Of a stretch of DNA of 64,000 nucleotides, positions 9,201-17,900 are shown one piece after another. Source of the stretch: an uncultured virus (IMG/VR IMGVR_UViG_3300031851_000015) (taxonomy: Duplodnaviria > Heunggongvirae > Uroviricota > Caudoviricetes). The notes below the pieces were generated by a model. The model made no database searches and was not told the origin of the DNA. It saw only the letters and a program-made list of their open reading frames with translations. Location: the IMG/VR virus record IMGVR_UViG_3300031851_000015, one strand, 5' to 3'. A program made the translations under genes and the position numbers. How positions within the stretch are numbered: the first letter of the stretch is position 1; every line of letters starts with the position of its first letter.

Positions 9201-9789
9201 CTGCGTCTCTAAGCTGACCAAAAGGAATACCAATACCATCAGCAATAGCTCTAGCAATACGAGGTGTTTGTTCTAAAACAGAGTTAAGTTCTTGCCCTCT
9301 AAGTTGACCTGAAGCTAAACCTTGACCAAATTGAACAATGGCTGCTCTAGCAGACTCAGAAGAAGCACCAGAAATAGTAACAGCTTGGTTAATTGTTCTT
9401 GTAACATCTAAAAGTTCTTTTGCGCTAGTGCCGCTTCCTCTTAAAGCTAACCCAAATCTGTTAAAAGTTTCTGCTGTAGTGCTAAACGAGACTCGTGTCT
9501 GAGATGATACTCGTGCTAAAGATTGCATAGTAGAGTTTAATTCTCTACCTCTGCCAGTAACAAGAGCAATTTTATTTTCCATGTTAGTAATAGAGTCAGA
9601 CGCTCTTGTAATGCCTTTTGTAAAAGATGCAAGGCTTAAAAACGCTGCACCCCCAATAGCTATTTTATTAAAAGCGCTTTGTAATCTTTTAGTAGACTGC
9701 TCAATATTACCAACAGATTTTTGTAACTTACCTAGATCTTGTCTAGCTTGAGTACTGTTACTGCGTACTCTAATTTCTACTCCACTCAT
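3283..9789 (-). CDS. Tail tape measure protein with an inserted HExxH metallopeptidase-like region
   Basis: N-terminal tape-measure domain (QFGQGLASGQLRGQELNSVLEQ); three GG-x-G--D-IPAML--GE-V motifs; HETKH at 5116-5130; follows the tail chaperones. Confidence 0.9.
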   Translation of the reverse strand: MSGVEIRVRSNSTQARQDLGKLQKSVGNIEQSTKRLQSAFNKIAIGGAAFLSLASFTKGITRASDSITNMENKIALVTGRGRELNSTMQSLARVSSQTRVSFSTTAETFNRFGLALRGSGTSAKELLDVTRTINQAVTISGASSESARAAIVQFGQGLASGQLRGQELNSVLEQTPRIARAIADGIGIPFGQLRDAAAEGKLTTEAVLKAIQKAAPEIAQEFTLIEKTVDSVSNALRFQLLSALNLISKNTGWSNAVITGIESITKGLKYFTDNAEVTFRLYKLRAAIFISDIKKTFEPLTNIFTVKFDPAAAAENLKTNFNNFLEQAKGIITFEGFYDKNTKQFDFSSFFGQFELPPKFEENFTKVSTALKTFVENIKELYSALFDKKPTQSQSLLVPISLNAKEIENDEGILDKFLNGLTKFSGSVISLILSLRDTVTPLFNSIGEAITNVSSSIAATVDGLGGYEPILKKSTTAFKGYYDEITKILDLNAKAASSKDFIKGLIPEANTDLSRQINDQIKKIEDSVFGKEVFIEAGVSVKTPGILQNSFDFLDENKGLLAAAATGVGLAIVFPETTAAALQLAAIGAGLALVSVVQGAFSRGLPVLLTFGSYQAFMKGVADDPERQKEIEEFSKGIVDSLQEAFLGVDQEGSSKIVNNISAFLSSLGKGIISGLFEGTEFNNNFINAFAGALAIAVPLFIASGRGLGAIIGLGLHLLSNMFTKNSVAFALLEGLTLGVIASDSSKIAEQGKKFGKMFLKGLGAAFTLDFIFSGADEFIKEGQIKLGLDETAADSILSQIIRKTSIGFAKGAGIAFTSGIKNPYAVIGAGIAGSIYELFISSEIRSAFQDLGREIYAGFRGAIFGEDYTGGDPKAVADSVEAQEATKSTIRLKQGELGVAEKELTRYQNLFETAEQRLQRLVDIESELKQNPIGNEGLLTANKIQQERVRADILRNGMLVSNTAADIKRLSDAIGTLQSTIKPENLDISLPPQMNKQNPFYGYYKDFYKSSGGIITGAGGPKDDKIPHMLSNGEYVVQASAVKKFGPSFMDALNKGQMPQFKSGGGLAGSLPEITGGLSGGLSDSSLLALDKFDSFVKANDLQNTSLTQFFENNGLPSDQIPNVLEGMGLSHLADAPLGNPTTAIDIIDTTGIKTLSDVENYSRMTGVMESLKWAIDKPEEIFPKLGELLEHVGISVPEFPETAIEWPQFAWDSTKLIAQAGYKGLTYLAHQTQQRGTPIIKNMYHSRVKKDNLEPWINENVKEPFGLIDWDFELDKAIANGANEAILGAVYGGAFGSIKTYADLPIKFGKGVNRMGKGAWDLATGIGTFSPKKSAKGLGGLFGPMVGATRELYSLINRRRLFDQFMNTFKYGGIGATGFFFKGMLDHYIGNGLFNPTKIDKNLLPPHMQGEDLPPRMGPFDQRSAFERIKDKLSLRATPDGGGFDKSKPILDSLPFNDESIEQVSGYKRSAFQKQLDVYKNKIADRFENDEGGFFYDFGVSNPWSSMLTIGEGVGYPDDFGIPIPLMEMHTKKLEDTNSLYDFFTSYNIGLHETKHALDFLGMSIKNPGHWDKSGSTYEPGFYKGQLYSYYTDMMAMIDNKGDVLSGETRANLFAKDLSIAPPDVLNDSISKSHGSYILALHKTLDDDLMNKAVSIFGVDNYEDFIEKVINSKRQLTKEMPKNSVGRAIETGADAVNSMLFKNNSFIFDYFDKKNRIKKFATGGYVTGEGGPTDDKIPAMLSNKEFVVNAKQTSKFRPILEAINSGMVAGFAGGNPSGRASIGGVVTRQANTVDTPLQSVKATKAVQQAVKEIDNQLYRFRLTLAEAELALKTNTDQKVLEQAQDLKMFVLHERIIPLQAERNNLINQETTITEKSNEVKKKANALSAKELASGATFAEGIKQDFANGFRTALNTGDFMEIDLIDSFTTNWLNSFSQGFTDSLFGTMEKDESGEYTSTGMMGQLQQLGGGASKFGGKASPMAKEGEELTSPLFGEGGLLGGMINSIKTGISKITSGTGEGGGLGNIISSIGPFFSGLSENLSSSISSLLGGMGGSGGSGGAGGGWMSLISTGLSLFGLNNGGIVPSTPYSKAGVDSVPAMLTPGELVVPANKVKAYQDNTSKQQNVVNLSISGDVSRQTRQEIIKMLPTISAGVNATNKENNYKGR

Positions 9790-9808
9790 ATGGACCTCCT
9801 TAATAAAA

Positions 9809-9854
9809 TTGCCCCCTAACGATTCTCTTATATTAGAGAGCCATCAGAGGGCAA
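9809..9854 (-). other. Long G-U-containing RNA hairpin (terminator or RNase III-type site)
   Basis: TTGCCCTCTGATGG...TCGTTAGGGGGCAA pairs on the minus strand using G-U. Confidence 0.55.
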
Positions 9855-9861
9855 AGTATTC

Positions 9862-10281
9862 TTAATCAGGGGTTGGTATGCCAATTTTAACTAGCACTTG
9901 TTCAATAAAGTATTTTGGTGCTTGTTTACTATGGCCATTATTTAGTACACTAATATAGTCTACATTATTAAATATTCTTCCTTCTTGCTTTGCATTGGGG
10001 TTAAGCCCTAAAGCAAGTGCTACTAGTGTTTTTTTATTACCAATCCCTAGTGCTTCTTTAATAAGCAAACCAGTATCTAAAGTTGGTCCTGAGATAGTTT
10101 TTTCATTTTCCCAACCTTGTCTAGCTTTACCAGTATCAACGGGAGTAACTATTTTAAGTTGTTCAGTAGCATAATCTATTTTTTCATGTATATCTGCAGT
10201 AGCAAGACTTGAAACTTCTTGTTCAATTCTTTTCATTTCTTTTTGAAAATCAGCTACATCAATATTTACTTTGATAGACAT
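9862..10281 (-). CDS. Neck/tail completion protein, HK97 gp10-like
   Basis: TPVDTG-AR-GW and NNVDYI--LNNGHSKQAP motifs. Confidence 0.8.
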   Translation of the reverse strand: MSIKVNIDVADFQKEMKRIEQEVSSLATADIHEKIDYATEQLKIVTPVDTGKARQGWENEKTISGPTLDTGLLIKEALGIGNKKTLVALALGLNPNAKQEGRIFNNVDYISVLNNGHSKQAPKYFIEQVLVKIGIPTPD

Positions 10282-10618
10282 TATTTCTGTCTCCAGTCTA
10301 AATTATCACCATCTCTAGCAGCTAACATTTTCTTAAGAAATTCGCCTTTAGGTACTGCTCTATCAGGTTCTTGTAATAGCTTTTTATTTGTATTTTCTTT
10401 TATAGCTTTTAAAGAAGGAAATAAGTTTTCTCCGGATTCTTTAACACCTTGTGCTTTTAAAAGTAAATATGTACGTTGGTCTTCTTGCCAACCAATTGGT
10501 CTTTTATGAAAAAATTCTATCCATCTAAGAAGTTCATTATAAGGCATTTCTTCTTTTAAAATATACACAGGCATTTTTAAATGATATGCAATTTCAAAAA
10601 GAGTTTCATCCTCTTGAG
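10281..10618 (-). CDS. Tail assembly chaperone, -1 frameshift extension (gpGT-like)
   Basis: Open -1 frame LTQEDETLFEIAYHLKMPVY... continues from the slippery site at 10622-10628. Confidence 0.75.
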
Positions 10619-10924
10619 TTAGTTTCCCTCAGAAGTTCCACCAGATAACCCAGAGAATTCAAGAATATTTTCTGATAATTCGTTTAATGCAGCAATAGGA
10701 AAAGTACTAAACTCTTCGTTACTTAAGTCTTCTGCACCTACTACAGCAATTTTAATTACACCGCGAAGGAGTTCTGTTTGAGAGTCTTCAGCTTTGCTCT
10801 TAGAAGTCTTTTTAATCATGTTTTGGACTTTAAGAACTTCACCTACTGACAATTGACGAACTTCAACTTCGTCTCCCATAAAAGGGAATTTTTTAGTAAT
10901 TACTTTTCCAACTAAATGTTTCAT
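10619..10924 (-). CDS. Tail assembly chaperone (gpG-like)
   Basis: Starts MKHLVG at 10924; lies between the tail tube and TMP genes; ends at G GGA AAC TAA. Confidence 0.75.
   Translation of the reverse strand: MKHLVGKVITKKFPFMGDEVEVRQLSVGEVLKVQNMIKKTSKSKAEDSQTELLRGVIKIAVVGAEDLSNEEFSTFPIAALNELSENILEFSGLSGGTSEGN
10622..10628 (-). other. Programmed -1 ribosomal frameshift heptamer GGGAAAC
   Basis: X XXY YYZ heptamer immediately before the stop codon; the -1 frame is open for about 110 codons. Confidence 0.85.
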
Positions 10925-10931
10925 ATTTTTC

Positions 10932-11171
10932 CTAACTAATCTTATCTTTTTCTGTAAATAAATCTGGGTTGTTTGCTTGAAAGTCGTCAAGCATTTTTCT
11001 GCACGTATGTAATACTGATAGGGTTTCCATAATTTCTTTTCCAATTTCTGAGTCACTATCAAAATCTTGAAAGCGCTCAAAACTCTTACGAATACTAATA
11101 TCTACACTTCGGCGCATGTGCCTAAAGGTGGTTCGCATTACAAACGTTTTACTAAACGGTTTGTCTGTCAT
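10932..11171 (-). CDS. Hypothetical protein in the tail module
   Basis: MTDKPFSKTF..., 79 aa. Confidence 0.6.
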   Translation of the reverse strand: MTDKPFSKTFVMRTTFRHMRRSVDISIRKSFERFQDFDSDSEIGKEIMETLSVLHTCRKMLDDFQANNPDLFTEKDKIS

Positions 11172-11194
11172 ACTATATCTTTCTAATAAGTTAA

Positions 11195-11218
11195 GGAAGC
11201 CCCAATTAAGGAGCTTCC
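11195..11218 (-). terminator. Hairpin after the major tail protein (attenuating terminator)
   Basis: GGAAGCTCC-TTAATT-GGGGCTTCC followed by TTAACTT. Confidence 0.6.
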
Positions 11219-11232
11219 AAAGTATTTTTAAT

Positions 11233-11763
11233 TTATGGTAGTGTAACTGGTCCAAAGAAATCAGACTGAGTTGACATAGTAACTGTAGCAGTTGTAGCGT
11301 CTGTCAACGCAGGATTTACTAGGATAGCTTCGATTTTACCCGTAAAGTAAAACTCTGTGTTACCATAAGATAACGCTGTATTTGCAGTGTCAAGACTTGC
11401 TGCAAGCGTAGTTGCTTGTGAACACATCATAAAGCGGAATGCACCTTGATTCCCAATAAGTGCATGGAAATCATCCATGTCATCAGGAATATAGTTAACA
11501 GTAACTTCAAGTGTTGGTGCGTCAGATTGACCTTGCACCTGAGAAGAAGTTGACTGACCATAAACAGGTACGTTTACGATGTTTGCAGGAGTACCAATTG
11601 AAGGGAATTCACGTACTGACGGAATTCGCTTAATAGCTGATGCATTTGCTGTTACAAACAAACCAGCGTACTCAGCAGCAGTGTCTACAGAAGCTGCAGG
11701 TGCTGCATTGTGAAAGTCTAGGTATGTAAAGATACCTGAACTCAAAGATGAAATATGAGCCAT
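11233..11763 (-). CDS. Major tail (tube) protein
   Basis: Size, position, and the VREFPSIGTPANIVNVPVYG...GQSDAPTLEVTVNY pattern typical of siphovirus tube proteins. Confidence 0.8.
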   Translation of the reverse strand: MAHISSLSSGIFTYLDFHNAAPAASVDTAAEYAGLFVTANASAIKRIPSVREFPSIGTPANIVNVPVYGQSTSSQVQGQSDAPTLEVTVNYIPDDMDDFHALIGNQGAFRFMMCSQATTLAASLDTANTALSYGNTEFYFTGKIEAILVNPALTDATTATVTMSTQSDFFGPVTLP

Positions 11764-11766
11764 TTG

Positions 11767-12168
11767 TTATTCTCCGTATATTTTAAATGGTATTATATAT
11801 TGTGCGCTATAAAGCGACTGATTAGCTGGGTCTAGCCCTTCTACATTTAAATAAGATTTTCCAAACTCTGTCTTATTAGTTAAAATTTTATTTTCAAATG
11901 AGTTGTCTAGTATATCTGATATTTGCATGATGCGAGTTTGTCCCTCACCTGCTTTAACAAATATTCTAACTATTAATAAACCTGAAAGGCTTTTATCACC
12001 GCCATAAGCTAAGTGATCAGAAGCACTAGGAAGAATATTAAATCGACAAAATTCATTACTGTTTGAGATTGAACCCTGATAATTTTCAGGATACATTGCT
12101 ATGTTATTACTTGTCCACGCAGTAGCAGCAAAAACACTATTAATATCTGCTAAGATGTTATGAAACAT
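11767..12168 (-). CDS. Tail terminator protein
   Basis: Position before the tube gene; SGLLIVRIFV--GEG motif. Confidence 0.65.
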   Translation of the reverse strand: MFHNILADINSVFAATAWTSNNIAMYPENYQGSISNSNEFCRFNILPSASDHLAYGGDKSLSGLLIVRIFVKAGEGQTRIMQISDILDNSFENKILTNKTEFGKSYLNVEGLDPANQSLYSAQYIIPFKIYGE

Positions 12169-12169
12169 T

Positions 12170-12505
12170 TTATGGTTCCTTTGTCAAAGTAGCTTCAATA
12201 GTGAAATCATTATCGGTGTGATCTGTTATATTGTAGACAACAGAGCCTACTGTTAACGTATCATAAACAGAAAGATCTATACCAGATTTTAAAATAGCTT
12301 TATAATTAAAGCCATCTCCTGCTGGTCTTTCTGAAGATTCAATTATAACTGATACTGTTGTTGAAGTAGTTGTACTTACAGTACCATCACTAGCAAAATC
12401 ATAACCTGTGACTGCTTTAGTTGATAGCGTAGCAGTCTTAACAAGATCTCCTGCTCTATCAAAAGCTTTATTAACAGCTGCAGTTACTTTTGCTGATAAA
12501 GACAT
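12170..12505 (-). CDS. Head closure/head-tail joining protein
   Basis: Position and beta-rich 111-aa size. Confidence 0.6.
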   Translation of the reverse strand: MSLSAKVTAAVNKAFDRAGDLVKTATLSTKAVTGYDFASDGTVSTTTSTTVSVIIESSERPAGDGFNYKAILKSGIDLSVYDTLTVGSVVYNITDHTDNDFTIEATLTKEP

Positions 12506-13011
12506 TAGTTAGCCCTCCACCATGAAGAACCCATACCCTCTACACCTCTTCGAATAAGATGGCGCAAAGGTTTAATTACAATATTAGGTGTAATTGAAGT
12601 TCTTGTAACATCCCCATTTGTATCAGATAAACTAATACTTCCAATAGAAATGCTTTCAAAGGTTTGAGTTGTTTGTGCTAACAAATCTTCATTGTTCAAC
12701 AAATGTAAAGCTTGTTCATAAACAGCAATTTTAACTTCATTAGGAATTTCTGACTCTGTAAATTTAACTTCTAAGTTTAATCTAGGATTATAATGGGAAG
12801 TGTTTTTACGAGGCCATGCCAGAGCTTGGGAAGAACTAACAGCAGAACCAATCCAAGAACGATTGTCTATAAGCTGTGTAGCTGTTACTAATGCATCTTC
12901 TTTTAAAGTCTCTGCTGCGTTAGTCCAATTAGCACTATCGATGCGAGTTTCAAAGTAAGTATCTGCAGCAGCAACGGCAACATAACTATTAGTATTTAGA
13001 ACTAAAGCCAT
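12505..13011 (-). CDS. Head-tail adaptor (DnaT-like annotated family)
   Basis: NSYV---AD-YF, QALAWPR and IP-EVK-A motifs; directly after the major capsid gene. Confidence 0.75.
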   Translation of the reverse strand: MALVLNTNSYVAVAAADTYFETRIDSANWTNAAETLKEDALVTATQLIDNRSWIGSAVSSSQALAWPRKNTSHYNPRLNLEVKFTESEIPNEVKIAVYEQALHLLNNEDLLAQTTQTFESISIGSISLSDTNGDVTRTSITPNIVIKPLRHLIRRGVEGMGSSWWRAN

Positions 13012-13028
13012 TAGTTCCTCCTAACTTA

Positions 13029-14147
13029 TTATGAGTGGAAGACTGGCAAAATGCCCAAGTTCAATGCGCTCATTTTACGAGTCCAAGAAGCAGCTGCTGC
13101 ATAGTTTGCGTTTGTAGCAAATGCGTTAGTTGCACCTGACCAGTCATAACCCATTGGGTGCATGATAAAGCCATAACGATACCAAATGTTAGTCGAACCA
13201 CCACCAGTGTAAGAGGCCGCATTGCGATCTACTTCAACAGGAGTTGGAACACTTACAGGAGCAGAAGTAATTGCAGCTGGTTTGATCAAGAAAGAACACT
13301 TAGTTGAGCGAGCATTAAGGTCTCCTGATGCAGCACCAGAAATCATTTGGTTTGCACGAGTCATAACCAAACGGAATTTTCCACCAAACACGGTTTGGAA
13401 CTCAAGGTTGCCATCTTGTACACGGGTTTCGTCTACCAAGTTAGCAGCACGCATTTCAGCCATTGTTTCAGGTGAAGTTACGAGATACATAAAGTCAGGT
13501 TCGTAGTCTTTGAAACCCATACCCAACGCTTTAAACAAGCGTTCACCACGAGCAGCACCCGTAGCAGTTGAGTCAAACAAAGCACGCTGATCAGATGCGC
13601 CTGTTGCAGCTGCACCAAATTCACCAAGAGCGTTAACGTCTACAAAGTGACCAGTGTTGGAAGCATCGCCATCTGTGTCAAATGCAATGTAACCACCTGC
13701 GCCTGAACCACCTTTGTCACCAAGAGTAACTTCGCTAAGTGCTACACCTTTAAGGCAAGACAACAAAGCATTACCTTCGTCATCACCACGTACTTGTGCA
13801 AAGTCACGAGCAATTTTGGCAAGACCATCTTGGCGTGAAACTACTTCTTGCAAATTAACTTGTTGCGCACCAAATGTACGAACAGTTTTAACGTAATCTG
13901 CAATGTCAGTTGTGATATCAGTGTAAGTACCATCTGTTGCACTTGACAGCGATGGAACGTTGATGTTAGCTGAAAGTGGCTTGTAGTAACGGAACTGACC
14001 AATAAACGATTCACCGTTAGCATTAATATCGTCACGTTGTCCTACAATACCTGAAGAGTTTAGTTTCTTTTCAGTTGTGTATGCTTCGTCTGCGTAAGCA
14101 GAGATAGCCAACGCTACGTTTTGAAAGTCTGTATTTGTAATAGCCAT
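13029..14147 (-). CDS. Major capsid protein
   Basis: 372 aa; follows the scaffold gene; PVEVDRNA...GG and MHP-GY-W motifs. Confidence 0.85.
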   Translation of the reverse strand: MAITNTDFQNVALAISAYADEAYTTEKKLNSSGIVGQRDDINANGESFIGQFRYYKPLSANINVPSLSSATDGTYTDITTDIADYVKTVRTFGAQQVNLQEVVSRQDGLAKIARDFAQVRGDDEGNALLSCLKGVALSEVTLGDKGGSGAGGYIAFDTDGDASNTGHFVDVNALGEFGAAATGASDQRALFDSTATGAARGERLFKALGMGFKDYEPDFMYLVTSPETMAEMRAANLVDETRVQDGNLEFQTVFGGKFRLVMTRANQMISGAASGDLNARSTKCSFLIKPAAITSAPVSVPTPVEVDRNAASYTGGGSTNIWYRYGFIMHPMGYDWSGATNAFATNANYAAAASWTRKMSALNLGILPVFHS

Positions 14148-14176
14148 TTTATATTTCCTTGTATATAACTATCTTA

Positions 14177-14851
14177 TTAATAATTAAAACTACCTAGTTG
14201 CCCTTTGGCAGCAAGATTTAACACTTCTTGTGTTGACATCTCACTAAGTGGTTTGTTTTCATTAGTGTTTGAGACACCTGCTGGTGCCGCTGTACCCGCC
14301 CCTGAGTTAGCTTTAACTCGAAACAGGAATGAGTTATCTTCATTATCTGAGTAAGAGGTAATAAAGTCTTGAATAGTAGTGCCTGACTTATGAACCCAAC
14401 TACCGTTGTCATTCTGAACAAGTTGCTCAACAATATCACGGTAAGCTAGTTGACGACTACGATCATTACGGAAATCTAAACTACCAAGCAATGAGTTAAC
14501 AACGCTATCTCGATTTAACTTAGTATTCTCTTCTTCGTAGACTTTTAGTTTAGCTTCAAGATCAGCAATTTTCATTTCTGATAATTCTTGAAGTTTTCCT
14601 TCTTCTTCTAGCCGCTTCATCGTTTCTTGTTTTTGTTGTTGTTCGATTTCAGCAGCTTTCTTAAGAGCCTCGTCTCGCTCTTTAGCCATGCGGTCAACAT
14701 TAGACTTCATTTTAGAAAGTCTATTGGCAACCTCCTGTTCAATTGGATCAACCGTTTCAGATGTTTCCTCCTGAACATTTTCTTGTTCATTAGTCTCATT
14801 GGACTCTGTTGCAGTTACTTCTTCTTCAACTACTGTATTTTCTTCACTCAT
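14177..14851 (-). CDS. Capsid scaffolding protein
   Basis: Acidic N-terminus, coiled coil and FLF...SGAG tail; immediately upstream of the major capsid gene. Confidence 0.8.
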   Translation of the reverse strand: MSEENTVVEEEVTATESNETNEQENVQEETSETVDPIEQEVANRLSKMKSNVDRMAKERDEALKKAAEIEQQQKQETMKRLEEEGKLQELSEMKIADLEAKLKVYEEENTKLNRDSVVNSLLGSLDFRNDRSRQLAYRDIVEQLVQNDNGSWVHKSGTTIQDFITSYSDNEDNSFLFRVKANSGAGTAAPAGVSNTNENKPLSEMSTQEVLNLAAKGQLGSFNY

Positions 14852-14936
14852 AATATTTTCCTTTCAAGCACAGCTTGAGGTTAATGTTTAATTTTGATTC
14901 ACAGAATCTAAAAAGGTCATAGGCTATTACAAATAA

Positions 14937-17900
14937 CTATGGCCCGATACCATACCAATCCTGCCCGTCTTTGAGCGGGGCTAGTATGTCTTTTCTTGTT
15001 ATTTTATTAGGAGGGTCAATAAGACCCTGATCTTTAGCTTCTCTAAGAAGCCTTTGGTAAGTTCTATAAGACATCCCTTGTCTGCGCATTTCTCTAAGGG
15101 TTTTTCTTATAGTATCGCCTTCTAGGGCATCTGCATAGATGGTCCTTAAAGCATCTTTTGCACGTCTTGCTTCACCTATATTAGTAAAGAAAGCATCGTG
15201 AATTGTTCCACTGTCTACGTTATTTTTACGCGCCCATAAATGAAAGCGCCTAACTATAACAGCATCGTTACTGTGGTTTCCATTAACACCTAACCCAATC
15301 CTAGCATCATTAAGAGAGCCTTTGCCTAAAAGCTTTCCATCTTCAGCACTAGATTCGTATATGTTAGATATTTTTCTGTTTGTAACCGGATCTCTAAATT
15401 CAATACGCTCTTGAATTTTAGGACGGTATCTTTGTGTCATTATCTTGCCATCAAATGTAACCCACGGAATATCAACTTTTTGAGTTTCTTCAACGTAGGC
15501 TTTAGCAACTTGTTTCCAATAGTTAATGAAATTATCAGTAACAGGTGCTCTATCAGCAAGATTTTTAGACATAATTCTAGATATTTCTGAGAACTCTTTT
15601 GGCCCAATAATACCCCTGCGAGCATTAGTAAGCTTATTAACAAAGTCACCAACATCAGGATGTATGTCTTGAGCTTGTTTTAATAGTGTACGACCAACGG
15701 GTTCGTTCTTATTAATTAACTCTACAAGTTCACTTCTAAAGCTTTTAAGTTCTTCTACTGTACCTGTTGCGCCTAAGCGTTCAGCTACTTTAATTTTACC
15801 GTCAACAACTCTTAGGTTAGTACCTAGATTATCTTTAGTAACTGTTATGAAGCCTTTTTCGTCAAGTACTTTAGACAACTTATTAGCCACGTTAGCGGTT
15901 TTCGTAGCAGCTCCAGCACCATAAAATGATACCATGTTTTGAGCTTTGGCTGCTTTAGCAAGATCTTCCCATGTAAGATTAGCATCTCTGAGTGCAGGTA
16001 TTTTAAGAAATTCTGGGTCATTAACTGTATCCATTGCAACTAAGTCATAAAGACGGTTTTTTTGAGTTGTAGCTAAAACATTTGAGGCTTGAGATACTGC
16101 CCTGTCGCCTGTAGAAAGCCCGATGATTTGAGCTCCACTAGATGAGGCATCATTTTCAATCATAAGTTTTGTTTTATAACTAGTAAGAGGTTTGCCTTGT
16201 TTAAGGTGTTTATCTATTCTAGCATATTCAATTGCCATTCTACCCATCTTAGGTACTTCTGGTCCTTCTAAACCTCGTATTAACGGGTGTTCGAGAAACT
16301 CTCTAAGACGTCTATCTCTTTGAGTTTTAGACATCATAATATTACCTAGCTCAATAATCTTAGCTTCATTACGTTTAAATATAGCATTACGACCTGCTTG
16401 AGTAAGTGCTTCAGTTCCTGGGCCGATTAAAGCTCCCATTTGAATTCTAAGTTCATCTAAAGCTTCAGTGCTCATATTAACAGCTTTACCTGAATTAAGA
16501 AAAGGTCTAACTAGTTCGCCGCCCGTAGGTGTAAGATATCCTCTGTGATATACTCGCCCCCTAGAATCAATAAACGCTTGAGTCCTAAAATTTTTCCCTC
16601 TTTGAGCATGATACTTAGCAGTAGACATAAGTCCATAACCTTGTTCTCCTCGATTTAAAATTTCATGACGAAACTCATTAATACTGTCATAGTACTTGGA
16701 TCTCCCTCTAGGATCTCTGAATCTAGCAATATCGTCCATAAACCCGAAGAACTCGTTATCAACTCCATATTCAACATCCATTACATGATTAAGCATTTGA
16801 GCCATCTCACGATCAATTTGTTTAGGATCATAATCTGGAAATTTATCTCTAGAAATTAAAGGTATTCCTGTTTCATTACCTCTAGCATCTACGTATGTCT
16901 TTTTATTAGCTTTTACATAAAGCCTATCTCGATCATATATAGTTCCAAGTCTTCTAGCAATAGTAACTTTACGTTCTGATTCTTGAAGTTTAAGTAAAGT
17001 TTTATCTACAACAATTACTTCTCTAGAAATACTATCTGCCCAACCACCTGAAGCTCTACCTGTATCTAAATCTAAAACACCTCTTCGAGTTTTACCTCTA
17101 AATTGAACTTTAATAAGACCTTGATCTACCATAAAGTCAAGTATTTTAGATCCTTCTTTATGAAAGTCTTGCAAAGTATGTTTAGTAAAGGGTATGATAT
17201 TTTCAAAGTCTTTAGAAAATTTTTTACCAATATTGATGGCTAAAGTGTCATAATCAGTGGATTGACCTGACGCCACTAGCTTAGCAATATTAGTTAAACT
17301 ATCTAAAGCTTTTTCATCAAATAATTTAGAAGTAGGTTTTTTGTTTATAATTAAAAACTCAGCATCTAAAAGTCTACGTATAGTTTCTCTATTACGAGCA
17401 GCTAACTTAGTAATCAAAGAGTCAGAAGGTTCAGTTACTAGCTTTTGTAATTTTAAAAGTTTAGCAAAACCAGAATCTTTTTTTAATTGCTTAATAAGTT
17501 GTTTTTTATTAGGGTATTTATCAGTGAACTTTTTAAAATAAATTCTTAATGGCGCTCTGCCTTTAAAGAACATTTTAGTGGCTAATTTTTTACCTTCAGT
17601 TCTACGCCATGCATCAATAAATCTTTGATCTTTTAGCTGGCTATCAATTAGGTTTTCAAAAGTATAATACTTACCCATAATTTGAACTTGAGGTTTGTCT
17701 TGAGATAAATAACTAACAAACATTTCAGAACGCTTGCGAGATCGTGTATCTAACAGCCTAGAAACGTTTTGAACAGCAAATCTATTTTCTGCTCTTAGTA
17801 CAGCCGAAACATCATTCCAAGGTTTTTTATCTTTAGCATAACGTTCAAATACAACTCTTAAGTTTTCAATTACAACAGTTTGTTGATTAACTGAAACTTT

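Noticed and set aside
14937..16600. Reading the C-terminal polymerase domain as a family A DNA polymerase
   Set aside because: DxRGRxY, DxSxSGxQ, HSxDA and IHDAF are RNAP-type motifs, and a separate DNA polymerase A is present at 59745-61589
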